Assembly (NCBI GenBank): GCA_027923505.1
Contig: BROI01000020.1
Location: 124,001 to 188,000, forward strand
Direction: 5' to 3'
DNA length: 64,000 bases
Source: Mayamaea pseudoterrestris
Lineage: Eukaryota
The position numbers were made by a program, and so were the translations under genes. Positions 47,945 to 58,539 of the stretch are shown piece after piece. The number at the start of each line of letters is the position of its first letter. Position 1 is the stretch's first letter. The notes under the pieces were generated by a model. The model ran no database searches, was not told the DNA's origin, and worked only from the letters and a program-made list of their open reading frames with translations.

Positions 47945-48690
47945 TCATAATGATTGGATAATAATAACTGCAATATCAACCATTCCTTCTCCATGTTTAG
48001 CTGAGCTCGGTAAGCGTTCACCAAAACCTACTCGCGTGGCTTCATGCAAGTGATCCAATGGGCGAGTCATCATTGTTCCAGCTCATACCCTCCAGCTTGT
48101 TGGCTAGCAAGATTATTTTGCGATTGCTATCGTTCGTATCCCGACTTGCATCATGTTTGTTGCATTGACTGTTGGAAACCTTCCGAAGCCATCACACTGT
48201 ATCCAAAAGGTCCGTAGTGAAGCCAACTCTGCCGTCAACCATGAGAAACACGAGCTCGGCTTGCTGTGCCGCGGCAAGTGTTTGCTTGATCATGTCGGCA
48301 ATGAGCTCTTGTGCCGCCCACTTGTGGCTTTGCATTGTCGACAATGGAACTGATGATGCCGATGATGCCGATGACACCACCATGGATACGGAAACATCCA
48401 GTCGATCTCCATCCACGCCAGCCGTGTCAAACAATCGAAAGCAGGTGCCTCCAATTCTGCCAACGCAATCCCGTCGATCTCTGGTCGTTCCTGGCACTTG
48501 AGACTCACAATGGCGCCCCCAGTACTAGTGGATGTTGCCGTTCCTTGGAGTAGACCGGTGCGTCGCTTGGTAATCTTTTTCGTCGGAGGATAATTTGTAA
48601 GAGTCGATTGAACAGCGTGCTCTTTCCCGCGTTTGGTGGTCCCAGCAAGGCAACTGAAACAATTGAAGGGCCCCATTGAGTGGATCATGT
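47945..48690 (-). pseudogene. der: Degenerate EngA/Der GTPase (first G domain only)
   Basis: Across shifting frames: VALLGPPNAGKSTLFNRL, GGAIVS, VPGTTRDRRD, FDTAG, LVFLMVDGRVG, an in-frame TGA at 48192-48194 followed by WLRK, IILLANKLEG, GFGERLPSSAKHGEGMVDIA. At least three frameshifts and one stop. Confidence 0.8.
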
Positions 48691-48906
48691 AGTCGCTAAC
48701 GACGACGATGTTGCTGCAAAAGATGCGCTGCTAGACAAGGATCGTTCATCGATGCTATCGTTCCATCCTGCAGCGCAGCAATAGACAGCCAGTTGGGTGC
48801 GATGCACGGCTGCAGATCTGACCATTCCAAGGAAATGCAGTCAAATGAGACGGAGTAGTAATTCCTTAGAAGAATTGAACGGGCCCGCCATTATGCCTCG
48901 GATGCC

Positions 48907-48949
48907 GCCATGGTCGAACGCGAAATCTTGTAAGGTCGCAGCGGCACTG
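48907..48949. repeat. 43-bp direct repeat, copy 1 (copy 2 at 51508-51550)
   Basis: gccatggtcgaacgcgaaatcttgt-aagg-tcgcagcggcactg versus the same with -gaca-; 40/43 identical. Confidence 0.85.
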
Positions 48950-49026
48950 TCACGCATGACGTTATCGTACATCAACATGCCGATCGACTGATCTCACACA
49001 CATTCGCCGTCGCGGATGCTTCCACC

Positions 49027-49782
49027 ATGATGAGGGACCCTTGGCGTTTGTTACTGCTGCTATCACCATTGACTCTACTATCTTCTGCAAATGCCTTCCA
49101 GGCTCCATTACTTGGAATTGGTTCCATTCTATTTCCCATCCGCAACAAGGAATTCATTGGCATTTCGTCACTTTCTTTTGCGGAAAGGCGGACAACTCTC
49201 TACGACGCGAGCGACTTTTTCGTCGACGCCTTTTGGACGGCCAAGGTGGGAGGAGGCGCCAATCAACTGACGCCGCAGCAGAGAAAGCAGCTGGAGCAGT
49301 CGCAGCTTGCTGAATTCAACAAGCGCTATGGGACTTTGCGAAAAATGAATTCTGCTGAACTGTTGGTGTGTCGAAACGGTGAAGACAAGATCGTTGCCTG
49401 CGCCGGCGTTGAAATAGATAATATTCCCAAGGACTGCTTGACAGGTCCATCCAAGACAAAGGCGCCACTCATGAGCAATCTGGCAGTGAGTCGTCAGTTC
49501 CGGCGACGAGGTCTAGCAGAAGAGATGGTGAATGCCGTCGAACGACTTGTGCGTGACGAATGGAACCACGACGAATGCTACCTGTATGTGGAAGAGCGAA
49601 ATCGAGGAGCCGTCAAGCTTTACCAAAAGCTTGGATACCGAAAGGTATGGAAGGATCCATATGCGGAAACCTTGCTGCCAACCAGTGACGGCAGTCTCTG
49701 CAATACTCGCACAACGATTGTATGCATGCGAAAGCAGCTCGCAGGTTCAAACTCATTTTGGAACAGTCTCTTTTCCCGCTAA
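49027..49782 (+). CDS. GNAT family N-acetyltransferase, probably plastid-targeted
   Basis: Leader ending SSANAF. LMSNLAVSRQFRRRGLA (acetyl-CoA motif A), YLYVEERNRGAVKLYQKLGY. Confidence 0.88.
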   Translation: MMRDPWRLLLLLSPLTLLSSANAFQAPLLGIGSILFPIRNKEFIGISSLSFAERRTTLYDASDFFVDAFWTAKVGGGANQLTPQQRKQLEQSQLAEFNKRYGTLRKMNSAELLVCRNGEDKIVACAGVEIDNIPKDCLTGPSKTKAPLMSNLAVSRQFRRRGLAEEMVNAVERLVRDEWNHDECYLYVEERNRGAVKLYQKLGYRKVWKDPYAETLLPTSDGSLCNTRTTIVCMRKQLAGSNSFWNSLFSR

Positions 49783-49868
49783 TTTCAAAATCATACAATG
49801 CTATTTGTACACAGGCTAATAAATAAACATTTCTTTTTAAGATACTTTGCGTCAAAGCTGGTAATGAA

Positions 49869-51476
49869 CTATTCGCTCAGTATTTGGTGCCAGCATTTTC
49901 GAGTGAAGTCCACAGCCTCCCAATTGGATGGACTCCAAAGCGAACCCCCTTTGCTTGCCTTTGGAACAAGCACATGCTTGGTCTTTCTTTGAGCTTTGAC
50001 AGATGGTTCTCTGCGACAAATGTAAAGCAAGCCTGGTGACGCGTACGAAATGTTTTGCGACTGCAAATGGCCCAGCCAAACGTTTCGTTCATCGACAGAG
50101 TCGGACCTTCGTTCCGCGTAGGTTGCAGCATTGATCGGAAACTCATTGGTAAAGAGAAGAATGTTTGGTTGTAGTGTATTTCCAAACCAGCCTTGTATGC
50201 GACGCAGCAACAGATCGGCAGAGTCGGCTTTCGTGAGAAAGAATTCTGATACAACGGCCAATGATCCCATGTCGGACAAGACTTTGGATGCTAGCTCAAT
50301 AATGCTGGCCAAGACTACTTCACCATCACTTCCTCCAGCTGAAAATAAGCCATGTCGGCGCGCCGACAGCTCTGGAGGAACTGGCAAAAAGGGAGGATTG
50401 GCAGTCATGATATCGAAGGAGTGTTGATCCAAAAGTGAAATCAGCGGCCGTCGACAAGAGCTGTCAATGGTCGCATCATCAGTCTGGTTCCATGCATAGC
50501 CTTGACCACTAATCAAGTCGCCGCATACATACTCGACTCGTCCATCCAATCCGTTCAATGCCGCATTAAACTTGGCGAATTTAAGGCACCTCGGATTCAT
50601 GTCGAGGCAAACGGCCCGACGGCACTTGCCGCGCATGAGAGCCACCAAAGCTTGTATTCCAGACCCCGTACAAACGTCCAACAACGAATTAGCAGCGTCA
50701 TTGCCATCATGTTTGGTTTTGTCATCCATCAGGTAGTGCTGCACCAGCGCCAGACTGTCGGGACCAATGTACATGACAGCGTCCTGCTCATTGTCGAGGC
50801 CGGTCAGTGACAATACGCGAGGATGCCAGTCCGTGACCAAATACAACTTTTCCTTGCCCAAGTCTAACGGAAAAATTTGCACAAGCCCAAAGATAGTGTT
50901 TGGCATAACGTCGGAAGCAGCGACAAGGGCCATATCCAGCAGAAATGCAAGCATGGCTGGCGAAAGCGCCTTCTCCAAGGTTGACTTTGGAACTGCCAGT
51001 CCAACGAGAAAGAGCGCAATCAAGCATTCTAGTGCCAACGGCATTCCATCCACCCATGGCAGAGATGAAACTGTTCCAGCCGCCACTGGAGTAACGTAGA
51101 TGGGACATGTTGATGCTCCGAGCTCGGTCGGAACTTGGAGTTGATCATGAATGTTGCGAGTCGTGTAATGACAGTCCTTTAACAGTTTCCTCAACTCAAT
51201 AGCTCGGTCAAAATTATTACAAGTTGTTTCCAGCAATTTTTTATGCGCCAATGGACTGGCCGCTAGATGTGAGGCAGTGGTGCAATCGCTCATGGTCGTC
51301 GCAGAATGATTGCTGCTTTGGAGCAGCAACTGCTGGTATAATGGCGCTGCTGCCGCGGCTCCATGCTCAATTCGTACTGCGCGAGCATGTTTATAGTGTT
51401 CATGAAAGGCAAGTGCAGAGGTTATTGGCAAATGGACGTTAATAGTAACTATAAAACTGAGGATTGCATGATGCAT
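49869..51476 (-). CDS. HemK/PrmC-like SAM-dependent methyltransferase
   Basis: VMYIGPDSLAL, LLDVCTGSGIQAL, FDIMTANPPFLPVP, FSAGGSDGE. Leader MHHAILSFIVTINVHLPITSALAF. The start is uncertain. Confidence 0.85.
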   Translation of the reverse strand: MHHAILSFIVTINVHLPITSALAFHEHYKHARAVRIEHGAAAAAPLYQQLLLQSSNHSATTMSDCTTASHLAASPLAHKKLLETTCNNFDRAIELRKLLKDCHYTTRNIHDQLQVPTELGASTCPIYVTPVAAGTVSSLPWVDGMPLALECLIALFLVGLAVPKSTLEKALSPAMLAFLLDMALVAASDVMPNTIFGLVQIFPLDLGKEKLYLVTDWHPRVLSLTGLDNEQDAVMYIGPDSLALVQHYLMDDKTKHDGNDAANSLLDVCTGSGIQALVALMRGKCRRAVCLDMNPRCLKFAKFNAALNGLDGRVEYVCGDLISGQGYAWNQTDDATIDSSCRRPLISLLDQHSFDIMTANPPFLPVPPELSARRHGLFSAGGSDGEVVLASIIELASKVLSDMGSLAVVSEFFLTKADSADLLLRRIQGWFGNTLQPNILLFTNEFPINAATYAERRSDSVDERNVWLGHLQSQNISYASPGLLYICRREPSVKAQRKTKHVLVPKASKGGSLWSPSNWEAVDFTRKCWHQILSE

Positions 51477-51507
51477 GTTTCGCTCTTCGGTGAAAAAGAT
51501 GAGCGAG

Positions 51508-51550
51508 GCCATGGTCGAACGCGAAATCTTGTGACATCGCAGCGGCACTG
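51508..51550. repeat. 43-bp direct repeat, copy 2
   Basis: See copy 1 at 48907-48949. Confidence 0.85.
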
Positions 51551-51654
51551 AATTGTCGCGCCCGCAAACGCGAAAACTTGTTGCCAGCAAGCCACAAAAG
51601 GTTGTCGTCGCTTGCATTATTGGCCTTGGCTGCAAATCTCGGCACACGACAATT

Positions 51655-53039
51655 ATGAATGGCGACAAGACGACGGAACTTGCAGAATTAGCCCGTAGTG
51701 GTAGGTAGTCAATGTATCATTACATTTGTGATGAAATGAATGGAGGAACATAGTTTCTCGGCCATCCATTGAAGCATTGGTATTGTCGCTTCTAATACAT
51801 TCATTTCCTTTATTCCTCTCTAAATTACTCATTAAGAGATCACACTGGGTCGAATCGTTGGTGAAGGAGGCTTCTGCACCGTCAGCTTGGTTGTTTCCGT
51901 CGACATTGACGATGTTTACGATACGAGCGAAAAGCAAGCCAAGATTCGTCAAACGTTTGCTCGAGCCGCTAATCAAGGTACTAGTCGATCCGAAGGTGGC
52001 AACTATGTCATGAAAGCGCTTCGCCATGACTTGGACACGGAGGAATATAGCAAGGGAGTGGTTGATTTGGCGATTGAAGCGGAATTTCTGAAAGTGCTGC
52101 AGCACAAGAATATCATTTGCATGCGTGCGATTGCCAACTGCGATCCTCGGGAAGCCAAATTCTTTGTCGTACTGGATCGGCTCGTGACGACTCTGGAACT
52201 CAAATTCAACCATTGGCGCAAGATTGTCGAAGAAAATACAGGCGTTTGGTGGCCCATTGCTGGCTACTGCTGCGCCAAGGCACCCGTGTTGCATCTCATG
52301 TGGAAGGAACGCATTGGCGCCGCCTACGATATTGCGCAAGCCATTCAATATCTGCATCGCTTAAATATCGTCTATCGAGACTTGGTAGGTGAATCTGATG
52401 TATGTTGATTGCGCCAAGGAAGAAATATCGCTGACTCGTTCTCTTCCGCCGCTTGCTCCGAAGAAACCTGAGAACATTGGCTTTGACGATTCTGGGGAAC
52501 TCAAGCTGTTTGACTTTGGACTTGCCAAGCGCCTTGATGGTGTCGAAAAGGTTGAGGATGGACAATACCGACTGACTGGTAATACGGGTTCTTTGCGGTA
52601 CATGGCAAACGAAGTTGCCCTTGACCAGCCGTATGGTTTGTCCGTTGATTCTTATTCATTCGGAATCATTTTCTGGCAAATATGCTCACTCACAACGCCA
52701 TTTGCAAAGATGGGCCAATCTGTTCACGCGGAAGCAGTTGTTCGGGGCAATGCGAGACCTTCGCCGGACCATTCCTGGCCGATGAGTTGGGTGGACCTTA
52801 TGGTGACTTGTTGGGACGCTGATCCAAGCGCACGACCTGATTTTGATGCCATTGTTGCTTCATTGGCCGAGCGTGTTGCAGAATTGGATGAAGAAGAAGG
52901 TGTGATACCTACACGGACGAATGAGATCAAGGCGAAGAAAAAGAAGAAGGATGTCGCTCCCGCAAACCAGGTGTTGGATTTTGATACTCGAATATCGGTT
53001 GACGGCTCAACCAGAAGAGTCGACGCAGACTTTGTATAG
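51655..53039 (+). CDS. Ser/Thr (TKL-like) protein kinase; introns 51701-51836 (inferred) and 52385-52463
   Basis: LGRIVGEGGFCTV, YVMKAL, EAEFL, IVYRDL|KPENIGFD (splicing restores the catalytic loop), LFDFGLAK, TGSLRYMANE, DSYSFG. The first exon (MNGDKTTELAELARS) is inferred from phase-compatible splice sites. Confidence 0.88.
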
Positions 53040-53312
53040 AATATCATGGATAAACTATATGAATACCATGTACATAAACTAGCTGTACATCGTAACTTTG
53101 AATTCTAATGCAATGCAAAGCAACCGAAGATGATGTAGTGTCTGACCTCATGTCGTACCGGTAAACTTCCCATCATTCATCTCGTCTGGCACAAAATTGA
53201 TGACGAATGGATGCTGTTAAAAACCCTCTTCGCTTGATTACATACAATGAGAGCGTTTCTTTATGCCTTCAGCTTTAAAAAGACCTTTTACCTAAAGGAA
53301 ACACTAAAATCA

Positions 53313-53792
53313 ATGTTGGCGGCTCGATCCTTTTCGTCGCAGCCGATAAACGGCGACTCACCACCACCATCTCCTCGGTCGCGTCGTCGCAGGCGTCACT
53401 CCTTTGATTTAAGTGTCGACGACATTCCGTCCTTTCAGGACTTCCAACATCAGATTAAAGTGCGAGCGCTTTACCGACAGTATCTACGAACGATTTCTCC
53501 GCTCGGCATCCATTCGGTTGACCAGCGCATGGAACTGTTACAACAAATTCGCCACGAGTTTCGCAAGCAACGTTTAACGAGCGATTCGTTTGCAAACAGT
53601 CAAGCGGAAGCGCAAAAGCGAGCCATATCGGAAGGAACTAGACGACTCAAGGAACTTGGTGCTATGCTTGGAACGACAGTGCCAGTGAAAAAGGCGTTGA
53701 TGGCTGCAGTCGAAGAAGCAGGCGGTCCGAACGTCAATCAATTGCAACCTGACATTACTATTCCAGAGAATCCATGGCCGTGGCAGCGGTAG
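53313..53792 (+). CDS. Mitochondrial LYR-motif protein
   Basis: VRALYRQYLR...QIRHEFR, with an Arg/Ser-rich presequence-like N-terminus. The ORF is open from 53247. Confidence 0.72.
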   Translation: MLAARSFSSQPINGDSPPPSPRSRRRRRHSFDLSVDDIPSFQDFQHQIKVRALYRQYLRTISPLGIHSVDQRMELLQQIRHEFRKQRLTSDSFANSQAEAQKRAISEGTRRLKELGAMLGTTVPVKKALMAAVEEAGGPNVNQLQPDITIPENPWPWQR

Positions 53793-54005
53793 TATTCATA
53801 TGTTAGGATGATGATACTGGACTCTGTCGGCGGCGCGCAAAACATCGTCAGAAATCGGCGACAAGTAACAAATTATGGCGTCGCTGCCCGAGTCAAAGTT
53901 GGAATGCCGAGCCAATCGAAAAAAAGACAGATGTGTAAACGATAGACTAGTCTTAACTGTTCACACTACCAATATTGTAACTGTGTACTGCACATTGTAT
54001 ATTTC

Positions 54006-54647
54006 TCAATCAATCGCCGGATTGGCCGTAAAATTCTTGACTGCAAACGAGCTTCCACATCCGCAGGCCGACTCGGACTGCGGATTGTCTCGGACTTCAA
54101 AGGAACTTTTAATCATTTCCTCGACAAAGTCAATCGTGGACCCTTTTATAAGATGAAGGCTTGACTGGTCAACAATGACTCGCTCCTCGCCAAACGGATT
54201 CTCCACGACAACGTCTTCGTCCGGATCAATATCGTCTTGGCTCAATTCAAAAACATAGGAAAATCCAGAACATCCTCCAGCGTCAACAAAGACTCGAAGA
54301 TACTCATTGATACCCTTTCGTTGGTTGAGTTGTCTGATTCTCTTCCAGGTTGATTCCGTGACAATCAATGGTGCGGGCAGATCATTCGACGCCGCTGCAA
54401 TATTCCTAGACGGCACTGAATCACCTTCATTATTGTCATTATTATTCATCTGAAAGTCCTTTATATTGTTTTCATCACTCTTGTGCTGCGAGACAATCAC
54501 CATTGTTCGAAATTGTTGTCGTGTCGCGGAAGGAACAGCGGCAAGTCGGTGCGATGCTGCCAAGCGCAGGCCCGCATTTCCTAACAGTCGATTTGAAGAT
54601 TGCCGAAGATGATGGCTTATCCTGGCTGTAGACGATGCAAAAGCCAT
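54006..54647 (-). CDS. ISCA2: Mitochondrial Fe-S cluster assembly A-type carrier (IscA2/HesB family)
   Basis: LRVFVDAGGCSGFSYVF, IKGSTIDFVEEMIKSSF, NPQSESACGCGSSF, with an Arg/Ser-rich presequence. Confidence 0.9.
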   Translation of the reverse strand: MAFASSTARISHHLRQSSNRLLGNAGLRLAASHRLAAVPSATRQQFRTMVIVSQHKSDENNIKDFQMNNNDNNEGDSVPSRNIAAASNDLPAPLIVTESTWKRIRQLNQRKGINEYLRVFVDAGGCSGFSYVFELSQDDIDPDEDVVVENPFGEERVIVDQSSLHLIKGSTIDFVEEMIKSSFEVRDNPQSESACGCGSSFAVKNFTANPAID

Positions 54648-56061
54648 GGTGGGATTATTGATTATGAGGTTGCTTTTCAGTGGATGGTTCCGCCATGGTG
54701 GAGACGACGCCAAACGCGCGCGAATCGTACCATGACGTCAGCAGTCCGTACAAGTACAAGCTGGTTTCGCGCTACGCCGGCCAAGAGTAGGGCCTACCAA
54801 AAACAGCTGCGCCGAATTTGGAGGCATACCGGTACTCACGTTCTCCCGTGTAAAAGCACTCGATAATTCGACGCGCACCCGTACAATGCCTCCATGCGGG
54901 ACCATTTTACAAGCGTCACTCTCTATTATTGTTCTAAAAGGTCACTAATAATATAAAGATTAGTTTTGTCAAATAATAGAGAGTGCGACTCTAAAAACGA
55001 AGGCGCGAATGACCATGCAGTGGATGATTGCCATCAAACAGCGCGGCAATGTGGCGCTCGCAAGGCCAAGGACTCGTTCAAAACTGGCGCAAAGGCACTT
55101 TTAGACAGAAGTGATCATGAAAAGATCATTGACGTGCAATTCGACAGTCTTGGACCATAATTTGTGGCACTGCATTGCATTTGACGCCGGCACGGAAGCG
55201 CGCAAATGAATCCTTCACATTACAGCGGTTCAAACATACTCAAACAAGCTCCGATTGACTTATTTTTAGCGTCATATGCACTGGATGATTGTATTGTTTT
55301 AGCCTATGTAGTCTATATTGCTGCGATACCTATATACAGCATGACTGGCGGGATCATGACCAGCGTGTCAAGGTGATGGCCCGTTTTCGTCTGTCTGACC
55401 TTGGTGCGTCATGATCAAGTTTGTGGAGGAGAATGAGTGCCGGAGCGATGCTGGTAGGGCTACGATCGGCCGGCGCAGCGCGAAACCAGCTTGTACTTTG
55501 GGTCTCTTCGACTTTCCAAATATGATCAATCTGAATCGAATACTCATTCATTACATAAGCCTGCTACATTTACATGCATGAATGAAAACATGTGAATGAC
55601 CCAAGCATTTCCATTCCATCGTTCCCACCATGAGAGGACCAAGCACACGAAAAAACAATCAACATCCATTCGTTCTCGTAAAGACAGCATGCCGACTGTC
55701 CCTGGTGCCATAAAACAAGTCGCTGATCGAAGAGAACAAATTCATTCAGTCAAGTTTAACATAAAAAAATGTTATTTGTCGTACTCCAATGTACGCGTCT
55801 TTCCGATCGCGAGAGAAAAGGAGTGGGTTGAGCGCTGTTACCTTCTGGAGTCTGCGTCATGATGGACAAGTGCCTTCGCTAGGTTAACGGCAGAATGTCA
55901 TCGAGGGCTTGAACGTTTCCGAGCAGGAGCAAAAAAATCTCACATCGTCATAATGCTACATAGACACACCTTATTATATATTGTTTGCAGTGGCTGTACA
56001 TACTCTTCAGGAGCCCACTGCACCTGTGCCGAACTGTCGAGTCGGAAGATGCATCCACCGC

Positions 56062-57046
56062 TCATTCGCCGTGATGACTGCTACCAATTGCAGCAGCGTC
56101 TACATGTTCCCCAACAACAGCATCGGCATCATCTACTACCATTGAATCAAGCAAATGATTGTCTTGGCAATATTTAAGCATGTCAGGAGGAAGCATCTCG
56201 GAGAGAACGCCTGTCGTAGTCTTGTCCCTGTCCATGGGCAAAAATGCATGACAAGTCAAATCAATGTTAAAATATGCAACACAAGCTCGCAAAGAGTAAA
56301 ACTTACAAACCCATTCGCTTCAAAATGCCATTGTCGTCATTAATCTCAAATGGCATGGAGAAATCAAACATGACGTCTTGCTTGTCTCGGCTCATGTTGC
56401 ATTGAATCACAGCTGAATTATGCGTATTCACCAAAATGAATGGCAATGGAATCTTATTATGTTCGCTGTCATGGTTTTGACTCTGATTGTGCTGCACCAA
56501 ATTCCGATAGCAAACTTGCTGCTGCAGCAGTTCCTTGAGTGACTCTCGCTTGCGTTGAACCTCCTGCAACCGAAACTCGCGCTCCCTATGCAACATGTCA
56601 ATGTCCTGTCCAGCAGCAGACGGCAGACCCTTCCAAGTGATCGATTTCTTGTCCTTTGTGATAATATCCATTGCCATGAGCACATTGAGTGCATCATAGA
56701 CGCGACGCCGAATATTCTTCTCGTCAAACTTGCCACTGGGGTCGTCCTTTTGGCGGTCGTGAACGATGCGCTCGACAAGCTCATCCGCCACTTCGTTGTA
56801 AGTCGTCGTCGTCTTTTCCTCTACGGTTCGACAAACCATCATGGAGAAGTGTCGGAGTCCCTTGTAGGCTTTGGAGTCGGGCCGTTTCGGAACGGACGTT
56901 GATGAAGCGGCAGTTGCAGCATCTGCGGATGGCAGAAGCAACGGCGACGAAGCGCCAGTCGCAACCTCTACCTCCATTGGTACATCAGAAGCTTGCTCCT
57001 CAATTGGACGCTTGCGAGGGTTGCTACCGGTAGTTTCAAAAGACAT
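56062..57046 (-). CDS. DP: E2F dimerisation partner (DP) transcription factor; intron 56228-56306
   Basis: KGLRHFSMMVC, TTYNEVADELV, EKNIRRRVYDALNVLMAMDII, IPLPFILVNT, PFEINDDNGILKRMGL|DKTT, joined by a GTAAGT...ACAG intron. Confidence 0.93.
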
Positions 57047-57286
57047 TTTTGTATAGTAGATTGAGCAAGATCGTCTCGTGCTTTTGTGCGAAGAAGCGGA
57101 CGATGCCTCCAATGCCGTCGAAAGTAAAGCCAAATGTCGTAGCGTTACTAAGTGCGACATGCATGACGTGCTCATCAATTTCGTTTCGTTGGCTTTGGGA
57201 CGACTCATCTCTTGGTTGATTACTACGCGTTCTATTGCAAATACACCTTACATAACATCATAAGACTCTTTTGTAGAAGCAAGGGC

Positions 57287-58378
57287 ATGAAGCGAATGAT
57301 TCTTCCACATATTTTCGCATCCTTTGTCTCGCGGTCGTCGCATTTCTGGAAACGGACGATGCCAATCACCAGGACGAGCAGCAGCCATGTCATCGGCAAC
57401 AACCGCAGCAATCAAAGACTTTTCTCCTCGGCCGTTGACGTAGACAAAGATGTTCAGCTGATGGAGGATATATTATACCGAGTTCGTCAAGTGAACTATA
57501 TGCCTCCACATATTCAAAACGATCTGTTCGAGTTTAGAGTCGAAAACAAGTCACTCGGCAAGATTCGTCCCAAGGCTGCCGAGCTGCTTTGCAAAACACG
57601 AGTCGACGGCAATGCCATTTTCCAAGTTGCAGAGGAACAAGATGCCAAACCATTTGTGACGCTCACAAATCATGCAGGGAATTCCTTTGAGTCAAGGTCA
57701 GCGGCAGTGGCAGGAGTGACAGAGCAGCTGCGCCGTGACGGCGTCGTCAAGGGCTGGCGAGACGAGTTGTATCCAATCAAGGAACATTTCTACATGGAAC
57801 CACTGTTTGCCATGGAGCGCGCCGCCGTGCCAATGCTTGGGGCGCTTGAATATGGGGTTCATATTAACGGCATTGTCAAAACTGACAATGGCGAGACCAA
57901 AATGTGGCTCGCTCGGCGGAGCCCTACAAAGTCGAAGTACCCAGGCATGCTCGATCATATTGTCGCTGGAGGTGTTCCTCACGGTGTGAGCTTGTTTGAT
58001 AATGTTATCAAGGAATGCATGGAGGAAGCAGGCATTCCCGAATCCGTGACGAGGGATGGAGTACGTTCAGCTGGTGCTATAAGCTATGAGACATATTCAA
58101 GAGCAGCGGATACGGTCACACGAGCAGTGTTGTTTTGTTACGACCTAACTCTACCTCAAAGCTTTGCACCAATGCCAGTTGATGGTGAAGTTGAAGAATT
58201 CTTCCTCGTCTCTATTGAACAACTTAAGGCAATGATGGCCAAGACCAACAATGACCCAATCAAGCCAAACTGCTACTCAGTCATTATTGACTACTTACTT
58301 CGCGAAGGTCATCTTTCGCCAGAAATTCCAGGGTACCTTGATGTCATACGCGAATTAAGAAGTGGTGACTGCTCATAA
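57287..58378 (+). CDS. Nudix hydrolase (plant NUDT20 / Tnr3-like, DUF4743 plus Nudix)
   Basis: GWRDELYP, ERAAVPMLG..YGVHING, WLARRSPTKSKYPGMLDHIVAGG, IKECMEEAGIP, DGEVEEF, KPNCYSVIIDYL. Confidence 0.9.
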   Translation: MKRMILPHIFASFVSRSSHFWKRTMPITRTSSSHVIGNNRSNQRLFSSAVDVDKDVQLMEDILYRVRQVNYMPPHIQNDLFEFRVENKSLGKIRPKAAELLCKTRVDGNAIFQVAEEQDAKPFVTLTNHAGNSFESRSAAVAGVTEQLRRDGVVKGWRDELYPIKEHFYMEPLFAMERAAVPMLGALEYGVHINGIVKTDNGETKMWLARRSPTKSKYPGMLDHIVAGGVPHGVSLFDNVIKECMEEAGIPESVTRDGVRSAGAISYETYSRAADTVTRAVLFCYDLTLPQSFAPMPVDGEVEEFFLVSIEQLKAMMAKTNNDPIKPNCYSVIIDYLLREGHLSPEIPGYLDVIRELRSGDCS

Positions 58379-58539
58379 AAAATTACGAACACTTGTTTGT
58401 TTCTAAAATTGGCCTACAGTAGAGTTGTCGCTGGATACCAATCCCGAACAGTAGTTCCTCCCCTCCTAGGCTCTGACACAAGTAATATTAAGTACTACTT
58501 ACTGCCCTACGCATAGCTACCTCACCAACTTAATACGCG

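Noticed and set aside
51653..52357. 234-aa minus-strand ORF
   Set aside because: Antisense to the well-supported kinase and has no recognisable motifs.
54720..56050. Possible ncRNA or tRNA in this gap (also 27430-28420 and 34700-35430)
   Set aside because: No cloverleaf or convincing snoRNA box pairing was recognisable by eye; tRNAscan-SE/Infernal would be needed.
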